Shown: in pieces, positions 1 to 9,529 of the stretch
Position numbering within the stretch: position 1 is the first letter of the stretch
Layout: every line of letters starts with the position of its first letter
NCBI GenBank assembly: GCA_964606665.1
Contig: CAZSHS010000002.1
Span: 3,487-67,486, forward strand
Reading direction: 5' to 3'
Source: an uncultured Candidatus Obscuribacterales bacterium
Lineage (GTDB): Bacteria > Cyanobacteriota > Vampirovibrionia > Obscuribacterales > Obscuribacteraceae
Length of the DNA: 64,000 nt
Made by a program: the position numbers and the translations under genes
Notes under the pieces: model-generated
The model's database searches: none
Told to the model about the DNA's origin: nothing
The model's input: the letters and a program-made list of their open reading frames with translations, nothing else

Positions 1-272
1 TAACCAAACCAGGTAATGTTTTTTGCAGTGATACCACAGGTACAGGCTTTGGCTCGCACTACAGCTACGACTCGCAAGTACCGTTGCTCATTTGCGGACC
101 TGGTGTACGCGGTGGAAAATATGCGTCTCACTCATCGCTTTGCGACATCGCTCCAACTGTAACTTCAATACTTGGAATTGAGATGCCATCTTCATGCGAA
201 GGAAACCCGCTTGATGTAGCTATCAATCAAGTTTACGGTCCTCCTCGTCCGCGCATAATTCAGGCACAATAA
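1..272 (+). CDS. 3' end of an alkaline-phosphatase-superfamily enzyme (nucleotide pyrophosphatase/phosphodiesterase-like); 5' part lies outside the window
   Basis: Frame 3 is open from base 3 to TAA at 270-272. The translation ...GTGFGSHYSYDSQVPLLICGPGVRGGKY...LCDIAPTVTSILGIEMP resembles the C-terminal His/Asp and DIAPT blocks of AP-superfamily phosphodiesterases. Confidence 0.5.
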   Translation, partial: TKPGNVFCSDTTGTGFGSHYSYDSQVPLLICGPGVRGGKYASHSSLCDIAPTVTSILGIEMPSSCEGNPLDVAINQVYGPPRPRIIQAQ

Positions 273-273
273 A

Positions 274-3200
274 ATGGCAGAAATAGAAACACTGGTTTTA
301 GTCGACGGAAGTTCTCTTGCCTTTCGCTCATTCTTTGCCCTTTTCACAAGTGGACTTAGAACTAAAACCGGTGTGCCAACCTGGGCAATTCTTGGATTTT
401 TCAATTCATTTTTTGACTTAATAGAACGTCAGCATCCAGACAAAATTGCTGTGTGTTTTGACACGTCTACCCCAACTTTTCGTCACAACGAATACGATGG
501 ATATAAAGCCAATCGTCTGGAAATGCCAGCAGATCTGGCAATTCAATGGCCGCTTATTAAAAAAGGAGTCGAAGTACTGGGAATTCCAGTTCTCGAACTA
601 CCCGGCTTTGAAGCCGATGACATAATTGGAACACTTGCCAAACGTTATTGCGACGAGGGAAAACGCGTTGTGGTGCTCACAGGCGACCAGGACATTTTTC
701 AATTAGTTGACACTACCTGTGGTTCGGTCGAAGTTTTGATGCCTGGCAAAACCGGTCTCAAAATGTATCAACGCGCCGAAGTCTTCGAAAAACTAGGTGT
801 CTGGCCCGAGCAGATAATAGACTACAAAGGACTCTGCGGCGATACCTCAGATTGTATTCCAGGTATAAGAGGCATCGGTCCTAAGACTGCGCAAAAATTA
901 TTGAGCGATTTTGGCTCTATCGATGGTATCTACGAAAACATTGATAAAGTGACAGCAAAAGCTTTAAACGAAAAATTGAGAACAGGCAAAGATCTAGCTT
1001 ATATGAGCCAGCGACTTGCCACCATTGATTTAAAAGTGCCACTTGAATTAAAAGGTGGCGAGCTAATTATGCACGAACCCGACATCAACGAAGCTGGAAA
1101 ATATTTCAAAAGCCTTGCTTTTAAGTCGCTTGTTCAGCGCATCCCGCGCGCGCTAGTAAAGCTTGCTCCTATATCTGTAGAAGAACATGGCGCTCTGGAA
1201 CTTAAATATACCGAAGCCCTAAACAAAATTGATGTGCCACCAATCACACCAGCCGAAGTTGGCATGCTAGACGACGGTGACGGTCCTCCACACACTACTA
1301 AAATAAAAAAAGATCGACAGCTAACGCTCAATGCTTCGAATTCCAATTCTAATTCCGATTCCGAAACCGGCTCAGGTTCTTCAACTCCCCTTGGCAGCAC
1401 CGGAGCTGTTGCAGTGGCAGAAGCAGTCGAAGTTGTAACCAACGTACTTGTAATTAAAGAACTTCCACCCGCACCAAAGCTTGAGCCAATTACAGATCCA
1501 AGAATTATTTCCAAACCAGAAGAACTGCAAGAGTTAGTGGCGCAACTTGTTGCATCCAAGGATTTTAGTATTAATCTTGAAACTACAAGTTCTGAAAGCC
1601 TCAACACAAGCATTGTCGGAATTTCTCTTGCCTGGGCGCTGGATGGTGGCAAAGGAAAAGTTGAGACTGCATATATTCCACTTGGTCATCAAACTATTTC
1701 TGCAATTGGTCAAATGGATCACGATGAAGCCATAGCTATTTTAAAACCGGTGCTTGAATCGAGCGAAACTGGAAAAATTGCTTACAATGCCAAGTTTGAA
1801 CAAAATGTGCTTTCGCTTTATGACATAGACTTCGGTCCCGTTTCATTCGACCCAATGCTTGCAAGTTATATTATTAACCCAGATAACAAGCACGGATTGA
1901 AAGAGCAGGCTGACCGCATTTTTAATCACCAGATGGTGCCTCAAGTCGATATTCTAGGCAAAGGCAAATCACAAGTAAGCGTAAATCAGGTTCCCATCGA
2001 TAGAATGGCTTCATACGCCTGCGACGATGCGCGTGTGAGTTTTGAACTTGCTCGATACTATTTGCAAATAATGGATGAAGAGCAAACTTATTTATTGCAC
2101 GAAATGGAGATTCCACTATCTGCTGTTCTATCCAGATTGGAACAAAACGGAGTTGCTCTCGATCTCGAGTATTTAGCCGCCTTTTCAAAAGAACTTGCCT
2201 CTGAACTTGCACGACTTGAAGGAGAGATTTTCGCTTTAGCAGATGGTGCTTTCAATATCGGTAGTCCGCTGCAATTGCAAAAAATTCTGTTTGAAAAATT
2301 AGGGCTCAAAACTAGCACCAAAACAAAGACTGGCTTTTCAACCGATGCTTCAGTGCTTGAATCGCTCGTAAACGATCATCCAATCGTATCCAAAATTCTT
2401 GAATACCGACACATCGCCAAACTAAAGTCTACTTATGTAGATTCCTTTCCCAAACAAGTGATAGAGCGCGACAACAGACTGCATGGCGAGTTTAATCAAA
2501 CGGTGGCATCAACTGGACGCTTGTCCAGTTCTAATCCAAACTTGCAGAATATTCCAATCAGAACAGAACTTGGAAGACGAATAAGACGTTCTTTCATCGC
2601 TGGTGACAATAACTCATCTCTTGTATCAGCCGACTATTCGCAAATTGAACTGCGCATGCTTGGTCATATGAGCTCAGATGAAATCTTGATTGACGCCTTT
2701 GAAAAAGACCAGGACATTCACTCAAGAACTGCGATGGAAATCTTCGATGTCCAACACACTGATGTAACTTCTGCCATGCGCGGCACTGGAAAAACACTAA
2801 ACTTCGCACTTGTATATCAACAAGGTGCATTTGCCACCGCTCAAGATTTGGGCATCTCGAACAAAGAAGCGCAAGCATTTATAGATAAGTATTTCAGCCG
2901 CTATCCGCGTGTCAAAAACTTTCTTACTCAAACTATCGAAGAAGCGCGTCGCAACGGCTTTGTCACCACACTTTGGGGACGCAAACGTTATTTCCAACGT
3001 CTAAACGATCCTAATAATATGTTGCGTCGTGCCGACGAGCGCGCCGCATGCAACGCGCCTATTCAAGGCAGTGCCGCCGACCTAATTAAGCTTGCCATGA
3101 TTGAACTGGATCGCAGATTGCGTGAATCCAAACTAAAAGCCAAGCTCATATTGCAAGTTCACGATGAACTGGTGCTTGAAGTGCCAGACGAAGAACTCGA

Positions 3201-3306
3201 CGAAGTGAAAAAACTAGTCGTTGACTGTATGCAAATGAATCAGCCTCTAAAAGTGCCATTAAAAGTCGACATCCATTCAGGCAAGAACTGGATGGAAGCA
3301 AAGTAA
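274..3306 (+). CDS. polA: DNA polymerase I
   Basis: 1010-aa ORF with an N-terminal 5'-nuclease domain, a central 3'-5' exo-like domain and a C-terminal polymerase domain. Polymerase motifs are A (DYSQIELR), B (KTLNFALVY) and C (QVHDELV). The ATG lies 1 nt after the upstream stop. Confidence 0.95.
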   Translation: MAEIETLVLVDGSSLAFRSFFALFTSGLRTKTGVPTWAILGFFNSFFDLIERQHPDKIAVCFDTSTPTFRHNEYDGYKANRLEMPADLAIQWPLIKKGVEVLGIPVLELPGFEADDIIGTLAKRYCDEGKRVVVLTGDQDIFQLVDTTCGSVEVLMPGKTGLKMYQRAEVFEKLGVWPEQIIDYKGLCGDTSDCIPGIRGIGPKTAQKLLSDFGSIDGIYENIDKVTAKALNEKLRTGKDLAYMSQRLATIDLKVPLELKGGELIMHEPDINEAGKYFKSLAFKSLVQRIPRALVKLAPISVEEHGALELKYTEALNKIDVPPITPAEVGMLDDGDGPPHTTKIKKDRQLTLNASNSNSNSDSETGSGSSTPLGSTGAVAVAEAVEVVTNVLVIKELPPAPKLEPITDPRIISKPEELQELVAQLVASKDFSINLETTSSESLNTSIVGISLAWALDGGKGKVETAYIPLGHQTISAIGQMDHDEAIAILKPVLESSETGKIAYNAKFEQNVLSLYDIDFGPVSFDPMLASYIINPDNKHGLKEQADRIFNHQMVPQVDILGKGKSQVSVNQVPIDRMASYACDDARVSFELARYYLQIMDEEQTYLLHEMEIPLSAVLSRLEQNGVALDLEYLAAFSKELASELARLEGEIFALADGAFNIGSPLQLQKILFEKLGLKTSTKTKTGFSTDASVLESLVNDHPIVSKILEYRHIAKLKSTYVDSFPKQVIERDNRLHGEFNQTVASTGRLSSSNPNLQNIPIRTELGRRIRRSFIAGDNNSSLVSADYSQIELRMLGHMSSDEILIDAFEKDQDIHSRTAMEIFDVQHTDVTSAMRGTGKTLNFALVYQQGAFATAQDLGISNKEAQAFIDKYFSRYPRVKNFLTQTIEEARRNGFVTTLWGRKRYFQRLNDPNNMLRRADERAACNAPIQGSAADLIKLAMIELDRRLRESKLKAKLILQVHDELVLEVPDEELDEVKKLVVDCMQMNQPLKVPLKVDIHSGKNWMEAK

Positions 3307-3308
3307 AT

Positions 3309-4001
3309 ATGCAAAAAAAATCTGGCGGCAAGGTCACTATCCAAGAAATAATTGACTTGCTGGACAGACTTTCGCCTGACGAAGAGCCTGAACTTTTGGA
3401 TGAGCTACAATCCTGGTTTTTGAAACGAGGACTTGAAAAAGATGCAGAGAGTTGCGTAATTCTCTACAAATATTCGACTGATAGAATCACGAGCGCAGAA
3501 AAAATAACACTTTCTGATTTGAACGCGAAAGAAGAAGTTCCTCAATCGCGAGAGCATTTAGAAAAGACTTATCAGGAATTACAAAATCAAGTAATTGAGA
3601 TAAGGCAAGCCATCGCAGAAGGAATTGCGTCCGAAAAGGAACTAGTAAAGCACATAGAAAAATATTCAGAGACAATAGAGACTTGGAAAGCAAGAGAGAA
3701 AGAAGCAATCAGTAAATCTCATGACGACTGGGCTAAAATAGCTCATGACAGACAAGCTGAATGTGCAGATGCGGCAAAACAATTGCAATCTCAACTAACT
3801 ATTCAAAGAACTGAAACAACAAAGATTAGAAACAATCTAATACATATGGAAATGCTGGTAAAAGAAGCTTACGCGCGCAAACAAATTTTCATTGCTCGTG
3901 AGCGCGCTGCATCTGCATCACTTCAATTTAAAGCAAAAATGGATAACTTCAACTTATTATGCGGGAGTCCGCAGGACAATCAAAATCAGATAGAGGAATA
4001 G
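3309..4001 (+). CDS. PspA/IM30 (Vipp1)-family-like coiled-coil protein with a non-canonical N-terminus
   Basis: 230 aa. Residues about 85-215 (LQNQVIEIRQAIAEGIASEK...WKAREKEA...QLQSQLTIQRTE...IRNNLIHMEMLVKEAYARKQIFIARERAA) align by eye with the PspA/Vipp1 helical core. Starts 2 nt after the polA stop. Confidence 0.5.
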   Translation: MQKKSGGKVTIQEIIDLLDRLSPDEEPELLDELQSWFLKRGLEKDAESCVILYKYSTDRITSAEKITLSDLNAKEEVPQSREHLEKTYQELQNQVIEIRQAIAEGIASEKELVKHIEKYSETIETWKAREKEAISKSHDDWAKIAHDRQAECADAAKQLQSQLTIQRTETTKIRNNLIHMEMLVKEAYARKQIFIARERAASASLQFKAKMDNFNLLCGSPQDNQNQIEE

Positions 4002-4053
4002 AACTCAAACGTTCTAGAATCTAACGGCATTTAGTGCAAGCCTTTTTCGAATT

Positions 4054-4132
4054 GTTCATCAGGTATTAAAAAGCCACAGAAATTCTGACGATTTCGTTAG
4101 AAAAAACATGCGCTTTTAATACCTAATGAAAC
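4054..4132. repeat. Imperfect inverted repeat of about 20 bp between convergent genes (possible bidirectional terminator or protein-binding palindrome)
   Basis: gttcatcAGGTATTAAAAAGC (4054-4074) pairs with GCTTTTAATACCTaatgaaac (4112-4132). The loop is about 37 nt. The repeat sits between the stop of 3309-4001 (+) and the stop of 4184-6643 (-). Confidence 0.3.
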
Positions 4133-4183
4133 AGAATGAAAAAGAGATCTGCAAAGTGCGTAAGATCGCGCAGTCGAAATTGC

Positions 4184-6643
4184 CTATCCACGCGAATCTT
4201 CTGACAGATTGGCACCATCTCCAGAAATCTTGAAACAAGTTCCTTTAAAGACGAGAGTAACGCTTTTACCCACGGCTAAATATTTGGCGATACCAGGAAA
4301 TTCTTTGATCAATTCGAAATAGCGCTTGCTTGCAAATTCGACTTTTTCTGTTTTGCCTTTGAAAACAGCAAGTGCATCATCGACCCAAGAGCCGTTTTTC
4401 AGTCGAAAAGTCTTATCGTCGACAATCTTTGTCTCCGATATAGAGGATCCATCCCCTTCCACATATGTATCAGTCTTTAGTTTAGACTGAACCTTTTTGA
4501 AATGTACAGCCTTTTCTCCCTTCTCTTCTTTATCGGCCATCATATCGAGAAGCTGCTTGGCGCCAGCGTCTTTCTGACGCTCATCTTGAGCCATGTAGAA
4601 GTTATCGCCTCCAGATTTAGCCATAGCCAACCTAGAAACATTACGTCCCATTGAAGTTTCAGGAAGTGGTGATGCGTTTGGAGCAAATGTGAAGCGTGCA
4701 CCACGATCAGAGCCTCCGCCGCCTGCTGCATGTCCAGGAGCATTGCGTTGCATCAAACTGCCGCGCACCATTGATTCTTGCGCAGAAATCGGCATCGGTC
4801 GGCCAAAAGGCATTGGTCGCACAGGCATGGCAGTAGAATTGGGCTCGGTCACAAGATAAGACGAGTAGGCTGTGACTATGCCGTGCTGGCGAGAGAGCCC
4901 CATAATTTCGTCTACTATTTCTTGAGTGTTTCCGTTTTCTTTTGCCACTTCTGTTAAGTGACCAACTCTTCGCATCGCCCAAAGTCTGGGCAAGTAATTT
5001 GCTGCCAGATCTTTTTCTGGAAATGAAAGCGGGAATTGAAATGTCTTAGGCACACCACCGACATTGCCTGTGATTTTGATTTTGGCTTCGCCCACTCCTT
5101 TGTACTTGCCAACGAGCATCACTTGTGTGTTGGCGAACATATCTTTCACAGATCGTGGATAAACATCTTTCACAGTTATGCCTTCATATGAAATTTTCAC
5201 ATCCGACATAATTGGATTTCGAATCTTGTCGTAAAGACCTGACAAAGCCGTTTCTAGATTCTCGCCCGGTTCTACAAATTGTGCGGTACCGTGATGATTA
5301 CTTGCGATTTTATCTAACAATTGAGTATTGATATCGTATCCAATACCAAGATTAAAGACGCGCAGGTCTGGTTTAGATGTAAGCAGACTAGCGATTTCTT
5401 TGTGACCAGTTTTGCCTACAGTTGGCTCACCATCAGTCATCATGATCATATACGAAGGACGCTTGCTGCCAGCTTGAAACATTGACGATCCAAGTGAAAC
5501 TGCATCGGCTAGATTGGTGCCACCATGTGCTTCTAAATCGTCTATATAAGCAATTGCTTTGGCTTTATTTTCTTTGGTAGCTTCAAGCAAATGATCTTCG
5601 AAAGCATCAGCATCTGTGTTGAATTGAATGATGTTAAATTTGTCGCCTGCATTCAATGAATTGACCATATATTTGAGCGATTTTTTGCTCTGGTCAAGCC
5701 ATTCTCCAGCCATCGAGCCAGAGGTATCTGCAACTATTACTATGTCTTTTGCAACTGCAGATTTACTTGCAATCGGCGGGGAGATAGCAAGCAAGAAGTA
5801 GCCATCTTCGTTGTCTTTCTTGTGTGCTTGCAAATTGGTAGCAAGTTCGCTTGCTGACAAAACGTAGCTGAGCAAAAAGTCCTTTTCGTCTGTGCCATTC
5901 TTTTCGTTAAAAGTGACAGTGGCTTGATGCTCGTTTTCGCGAGTCATAGAAATGTGATGAGTCGGCGACCAAATAGTGCGAATGCCTTGTTTGCCTTTTA
6001 TAGAAACATTCAAATTGGTCTCTGAAACTGCGTCTTTATTTGTCTGGCGCAGTGGATATTTATAAGAGACGATGCCACCATTGGCTTTGAGCAATTGCGT
6101 GTATTCAAGCTCGACAGTTTTAGAGCCATGCGCAGGAATTGGATAAATGCGCGCTCGAACAGTTTTATAGTCTGCGTATTCAAGTAAGCCAGGATCGATC
6201 ATTTTGCGCACGATAGCTTCGTATTGCGCAGTAGCTTCGGCTTTTTCAAGTATTTTGCCTTCGACTGGTTTTCCATCTATATGTAGTGAGAAAGAACTAA
6301 AAGTGGCATCGTCTGGCAACGGAAATAAATAAGTTCCAGACAAGATTTTGTCAGTATCATTTTTAAATGTCTGTTTTATATATGTTTTGGCGACCTGGTC
6401 AAAAATCTCTACTTTTATATCTTGAGCATCGAGATAAACGCCAGTCTGGACCGAGCCGTGAAGCAATGGTCGAGTTTGGGGATTAGTGGGATTAGGATTA
6501 GGATTAGGATTAGGAAACCCGATGCGCACATTAGGCAGTGAGTGAAAAGCGGAATCTACATATAGAAATCCGGTCGCAGATGCCATTGGCGCCTGAAGGG
6601 TTAAAATTCCAATTGAAAGGGCGAGTCCAAGGATTTTGCGCAT
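4184..6643 (-). CDS. Secreted VIT domain + von Willebrand factor A domain protein
   Basis: VIT-like block IKVEIFDQVAKTYIKQTFKN...YLFPLPDDATFSSFSLHIDGKPVEGKILEKAEA..YEAIV. vWA MIDAS motif DIVIVADTSGSMAG. I chose the start at ATG 6643 (MRKILGLALSIGILTLQAPMASA signal peptide) because it is preceded by GGAGG. The longer ORF-track start at 6799 is less likely. Confidence 0.8.
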   Translation of the reverse strand: MRKILGLALSIGILTLQAPMASATGFLYVDSAFHSLPNVRIGFPNPNPNPNPTNPQTRPLLHGSVQTGVYLDAQDIKVEIFDQVAKTYIKQTFKNDTDKILSGTYLFPLPDDATFSSFSLHIDGKPVEGKILEKAEATAQYEAIVRKMIDPGLLEYADYKTVRARIYPIPAHGSKTVELEYTQLLKANGGIVSYKYPLRQTNKDAVSETNLNVSIKGKQGIRTIWSPTHHISMTRENEHQATVTFNEKNGTDEKDFLLSYVLSASELATNLQAHKKDNEDGYFLLAISPPIASKSAVAKDIVIVADTSGSMAGEWLDQSKKSLKYMVNSLNAGDKFNIIQFNTDADAFEDHLLEATKENKAKAIAYIDDLEAHGGTNLADAVSLGSSMFQAGSKRPSYMIMMTDGEPTVGKTGHKEIASLLTSKPDLRVFNLGIGYDINTQLLDKIASNHHGTAQFVEPGENLETALSGLYDKIRNPIMSDVKISYEGITVKDVYPRSVKDMFANTQVMLVGKYKGVGEAKIKITGNVGGVPKTFQFPLSFPEKDLAANYLPRLWAMRRVGHLTEVAKENGNTQEIVDEIMGLSRQHGIVTAYSSYLVTEPNSTAMPVRPMPFGRPMPISAQESMVRGSLMQRNAPGHAAGGGGSDRGARFTFAPNASPLPETSMGRNVSRLAMAKSGGDNFYMAQDERQKDAGAKQLLDMMADKEEKGEKAVHFKKVQSKLKTDTYVEGDGSSISETKIVDDKTFRLKNGSWVDDALAVFKGKTEKVEFASKRYFELIKEFPGIAKYLAVGKSVTLVFKGTCFKISGDGANLSEDSRG
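6491..6514. repeat. Tandem hexanucleotide repeat (ATTAGG x4, flanked by partial copies) encoding PNPNPNPNP in the VIT-vWA protein
   Basis: Direct reading: attagg attagg attagg attagg. It is in frame, so copy-number change would preserve the reading frame. Confidence 0.9.
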
Positions 6644-6837
6644 ACTGCCTCCAAGCTCCATGCATCGGGTTTTGACTTTCCTACTTTCCAAGCTTACTTG
6701 AGTGGCAGTTCGTTGTAAGCGTGGGCAACCTGGCTTTAGATTCAGTGTTATCCCTAGTATTATTAGTTGTTTCCCCCTGGGGATTTGCCATCCCCGCAAA
6801 GCTAGACTAATCTTGGAGCAGGAGGTCTGCTCAAAAA

Positions 6838-8799
6838 ATGGGTATCTTGAGGTCTTTGTCTACCTGGGTTCGACCATCATCGAATCTGGCGAAAAGCGGT
6901 TCTGGACAAAGTCCCGGGACTGGGACTATTACTGGTCCAGGCCAAATGGAAGGTATTCTTTTTCAAAGATTGTTCTGGGGAACCATGGCAGGCTGCTTAT
7001 CCACCTTACTACTAGCCGAATCACCCGTGCTTGACACTATTGAGCACAGCTTGCTCGAATGGCGATACAAGGTCGCATACACTATCAATTCGCGCATTTT
7101 TGGGCGCCCGAAGTCTCAAGACATAGTTATAGTCTCGTATGACGATGATGACCAGTTCGATTTAGAGCAAGAATCGAGCGAAGGCGGACCAAGTCCAATT
7201 CAAGAAGTCTTGACCAGATTGATCCCTGCAATTGAGCAGTCGGATCCTTTGCTCATTGTGGTAGACCTGGATCTTGCAGGTAAGGCAGATCCGCGCCTTG
7301 TCAAGGTTTTCAGGCAATATAGATCCAATATAGTTTTGGCATTATTAGGCAATCTTGAAGATCCATCAGATTTCCCATCGATGGAACTTCGCCAAGCTTC
7401 AAGCGCCTGCGCCTACGACTTTCTAGTACAAGAATCAAATGGTCTGGTTTGTCAGCTACCTATATATAACCAAGATACAGACGCTGTTTCTGAACTTGAT
7501 AAATCTTCCGCTTTTGATTTTAAAAGCTTAGAATATGAAAGCGACATCGCTTTGTACGAACCTCTGCCAAAGGTGGTCGCAGGGCTTTTGACAAGTAAAG
7601 CTGGCGTAGGTCCAACACTTGGTCAAATTCCAAAATACAAAGCAGACAATTTGCCCGTCTATATAAATTTTCGCGGCACCAAATATGATACCTACCAAAC
7701 AAGGGACATTCTAAACAATAACAGTAAAACAATTCCCACGGGTGCCTTCCAGGACAAAGTGGTGATAATCGGAACCAAATACACTCAAAAGCAAGACAAC
7801 ACGCCCAAAGTACGCACACCACTAGCTCGAAATGTAATGCACGCTCAAATACAAGCAGACGCTACTAACACTATTCACAAGAACCAAATCATCTACAGTT
7901 TTTCCAAAAACTGGTATCACCATCTGCTCGTTTTCTTAGGTGGATTGCTTGGCGCCCTTGCTGCAGTACTTCCGCTGGGAAGGCGAAGTTATGCCTTTCT
8001 TGCCATAGGTGCATCGGCTCTTATTTTTTCCCAAGTCTTATTTCAATTACTACAAATCAATTTTGTAGTTACACCAATTCTTGCAGTTTTATCTTTTGCT
8101 TACGTGTTTGGAACTGTGATATTTCTCGATACCGACTTGCGTGTGCGCAATAGAGAGCTTGCCCAAGCACGTGAAACAATGCAATTTCGAGCAGAGCAAG
8201 AGCGCAGACGTATTGCCGAAGATTTGCACGACGAGACACTTCCCGCCCTATCCTCTGCTGCACGAATTGCTGATGATTTATCCAAACAAATGCCAGATAA
8301 CAGTTTGCCGTTAGAGCTTAGATCTAAACTCGATAACACTTTAGTTGAAATGCGCCGGGTTATAAACGACTTGCACCCGTCAGTTTTGGAAACGATGGGA
8401 TTCAGACCTGCTCTTGAAAATCTGTTGCATGTGCTTGAGCGCGATACCAATATTAGTGCCAATTTTGTAGATGCTGGCGACAACAGCGAAAACGAATTAA
8501 GCGAAAATACCAAGTTGCAGTTATATAGAATCGTTCAGGAAAGCCTGAACAACGTTGGAAAGCACTCGCGAGCGAGCCTGGTAGAAGTAGAAATCAAACC
8601 TGAAGAAGAGTATCTAGTCATAAAAGTATTGGATAACGGCGTCGGTATGGATCAAAAACGAATCAACGTGGATTCCCATGGTCTACTTAATATCAAGCAG
8701 CGCGCTCAGTTCATTGGAGCTTTGGTGGACTGGTCAGAGCCAAGTAAGTTTGAATCAGGCACCCAATTAACACTAAAAATTCCCATTCTAAAAGGTTGA
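6838..8799 (+). CDS. CHASE2-domain sensor histidine kinase (NarL-type HisKA_3 + HATPase)
   Basis: N-terminal TM helix, then a CHASE2-like extracytoplasmic region (DIVIVSYDDDD..., LIVVDLDL) and three TM helices. HisKA_3 box RRRIAEDLHDETLPALSS. ATPase N/G boxes (ESLNNVGKHS, DNGVGM). GGAGG lies 12 nt upstream of the ATG. An alternative start at 6946 is possible. Confidence 0.8.
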   Translation: MGILRSLSTWVRPSSNLAKSGSGQSPGTGTITGPGQMEGILFQRLFWGTMAGCLSTLLLAESPVLDTIEHSLLEWRYKVAYTINSRIFGRPKSQDIVIVSYDDDDQFDLEQESSEGGPSPIQEVLTRLIPAIEQSDPLLIVVDLDLAGKADPRLVKVFRQYRSNIVLALLGNLEDPSDFPSMELRQASSACAYDFLVQESNGLVCQLPIYNQDTDAVSELDKSSAFDFKSLEYESDIALYEPLPKVVAGLLTSKAGVGPTLGQIPKYKADNLPVYINFRGTKYDTYQTRDILNNNSKTIPTGAFQDKVVIIGTKYTQKQDNTPKVRTPLARNVMHAQIQADATNTIHKNQIIYSFSKNWYHHLLVFLGGLLGALAAVLPLGRRSYAFLAIGASALIFSQVLFQLLQINFVVTPILAVLSFAYVFGTVIFLDTDLRVRNRELAQARETMQFRAEQERRRIAEDLHDETLPALSSAARIADDLSKQMPDNSLPLELRSKLDNTLVEMRRVINDLHPSVLETMGFRPALENLLHVLERDTNISANFVDAGDNSENELSENTKLQLYRIVQESLNNVGKHSRASLVEVEIKPEEEYLVIKVLDNGVGMDQKRINVDSHGLLNIKQRAQFIGALVDWSEPSKFESGTQLTLKIPILKG

Positions 8800-8809
8800 G
8801 GACAAATAA

Positions 8810-9526
8810 ATGACAATTCTGTTAGTGGACGACGAGCAAAGAGACCGTAAATGGTTGAAGGATTTGCTTTGTGATGAGCTTGCAGCTCATGGTCCTTTTC
8901 ATGAAGGAACGAATGGTCAAGAAGCAGTGGAGCTTGCAAGCAAGCTGCGTCCCCAACTTATCTTTCTCGATATCAAAATGCCCATACTTTCAGGCATCAA
9001 AGCTGCCGAGCAAATTTTAAAAGAACATCCCGAAATAGGGGTGATTATTCTTTCAAATTTCTCTGACGAAGTCTATGTTAGACAGTTATGGAAAATAGTC
9101 CCTCCCGATGGCGCATTTGGCTATGTGCTCAAAAACGCATCTAACGAACAAGTGGTCGAAGCCGCTCGCGCTGTGCTCTCTGGCGATTGCTGGATTCATC
9201 CAGGTATTGCTCGCGTCATTCAACGCACTCAAAATAGAGCTCAAAGTTTAACCGCTGCCGAATATGAAGCACTAATTTGTATCGCGCTTGGGATGACAGA
9301 TTCAGCCATCGCGCGCCAACTCTATTTGACCGAAAAAGCAGTACAATCAAGATTAAAGTCGTTATATTCGAAGCTCAGTATTCCAGGAAGAGGAGAGTCT
9401 AGAGAAGCAGAATTCAATCAAAGATGCAGAGCGGTTTATTTGTCCAATCAACGAGGACTAATTAATCAATCCGAGCTTGAAGACTGGGAGAGCAAGCTAT
9501 TGAATTCGCAGGCAAGGGCTAACTAA
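8810..9526 (+). CDS. NarL/LuxR-family response regulator
   Basis: REC domain (LLVDDE, phosphoacceptor context IFLDIKMP) plus a LuxR HTH (LTAAEYEALICIALGMTDSAIARQLYLTEKAVQSRLKSLYSKL). Lies 10 nt after the kinase. Confidence 0.9.
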   Translation: MTILLVDDEQRDRKWLKDLLCDELAAHGPFHEGTNGQEAVELASKLRPQLIFLDIKMPILSGIKAAEQILKEHPEIGVIILSNFSDEVYVRQLWKIVPPDGAFGYVLKNASNEQVVEAARAVLSGDCWIHPGIARVIQRTQNRAQSLTAAEYEALICIALGMTDSAIARQLYLTEKAVQSRLKSLYSKLSIPGRGESREAEFNQRCRAVYLSNQRGLINQSELEDWESKLLNSQARAN

Positions 9527-9529
9527 CAA

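Noticed and set aside
1134-1652. 172-aa minus-strand ORF inside polA. Similar long antisense ORFs occur at 8100-8513, 14419-14971, 39180-39770, 41009-41341, 49531-49980, 53499-54095 and 62384-62770.
   Set aside because: All lie entirely within well-supported genes on the opposite strand. Their translations are low-complexity or repeat-mirror sequences with no RBS or motifs, so they are shadow ORFs.
6491-6514. Short tandem repeats (also 14647-14772, 41150-41180, 57421-57455) as possible CRISPR or non-coding arrays
   Set aside because: They are in-frame coding microsatellites with no spacers. No CRISPR-like repeat-spacer architecture exists anywhere in the window.
6644-6799. N-terminal 52-aa extension of the VIT-vWA ORF. 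Similar extensions occur for mobA (38566-38625) and the FKBP gene (62073-62147).
   Set aside because: Internal ATGs give canonical signal peptides or conserved N-termini with an RBS and avoid overlaps. The extensions look like untranslated leader.
6816-6832. Hairpin GAGCAG-gaggt-CTGCTC presenting the kinase Shine-Dalgarno sequence in its loop. The nearby GGGGAT-ttgcc-ATCCCC hairpin is at 6779-6795.
   Set aside because: These are 6-bp stems that could arise by chance. There is not enough evidence for a regulatory element without conservation data.
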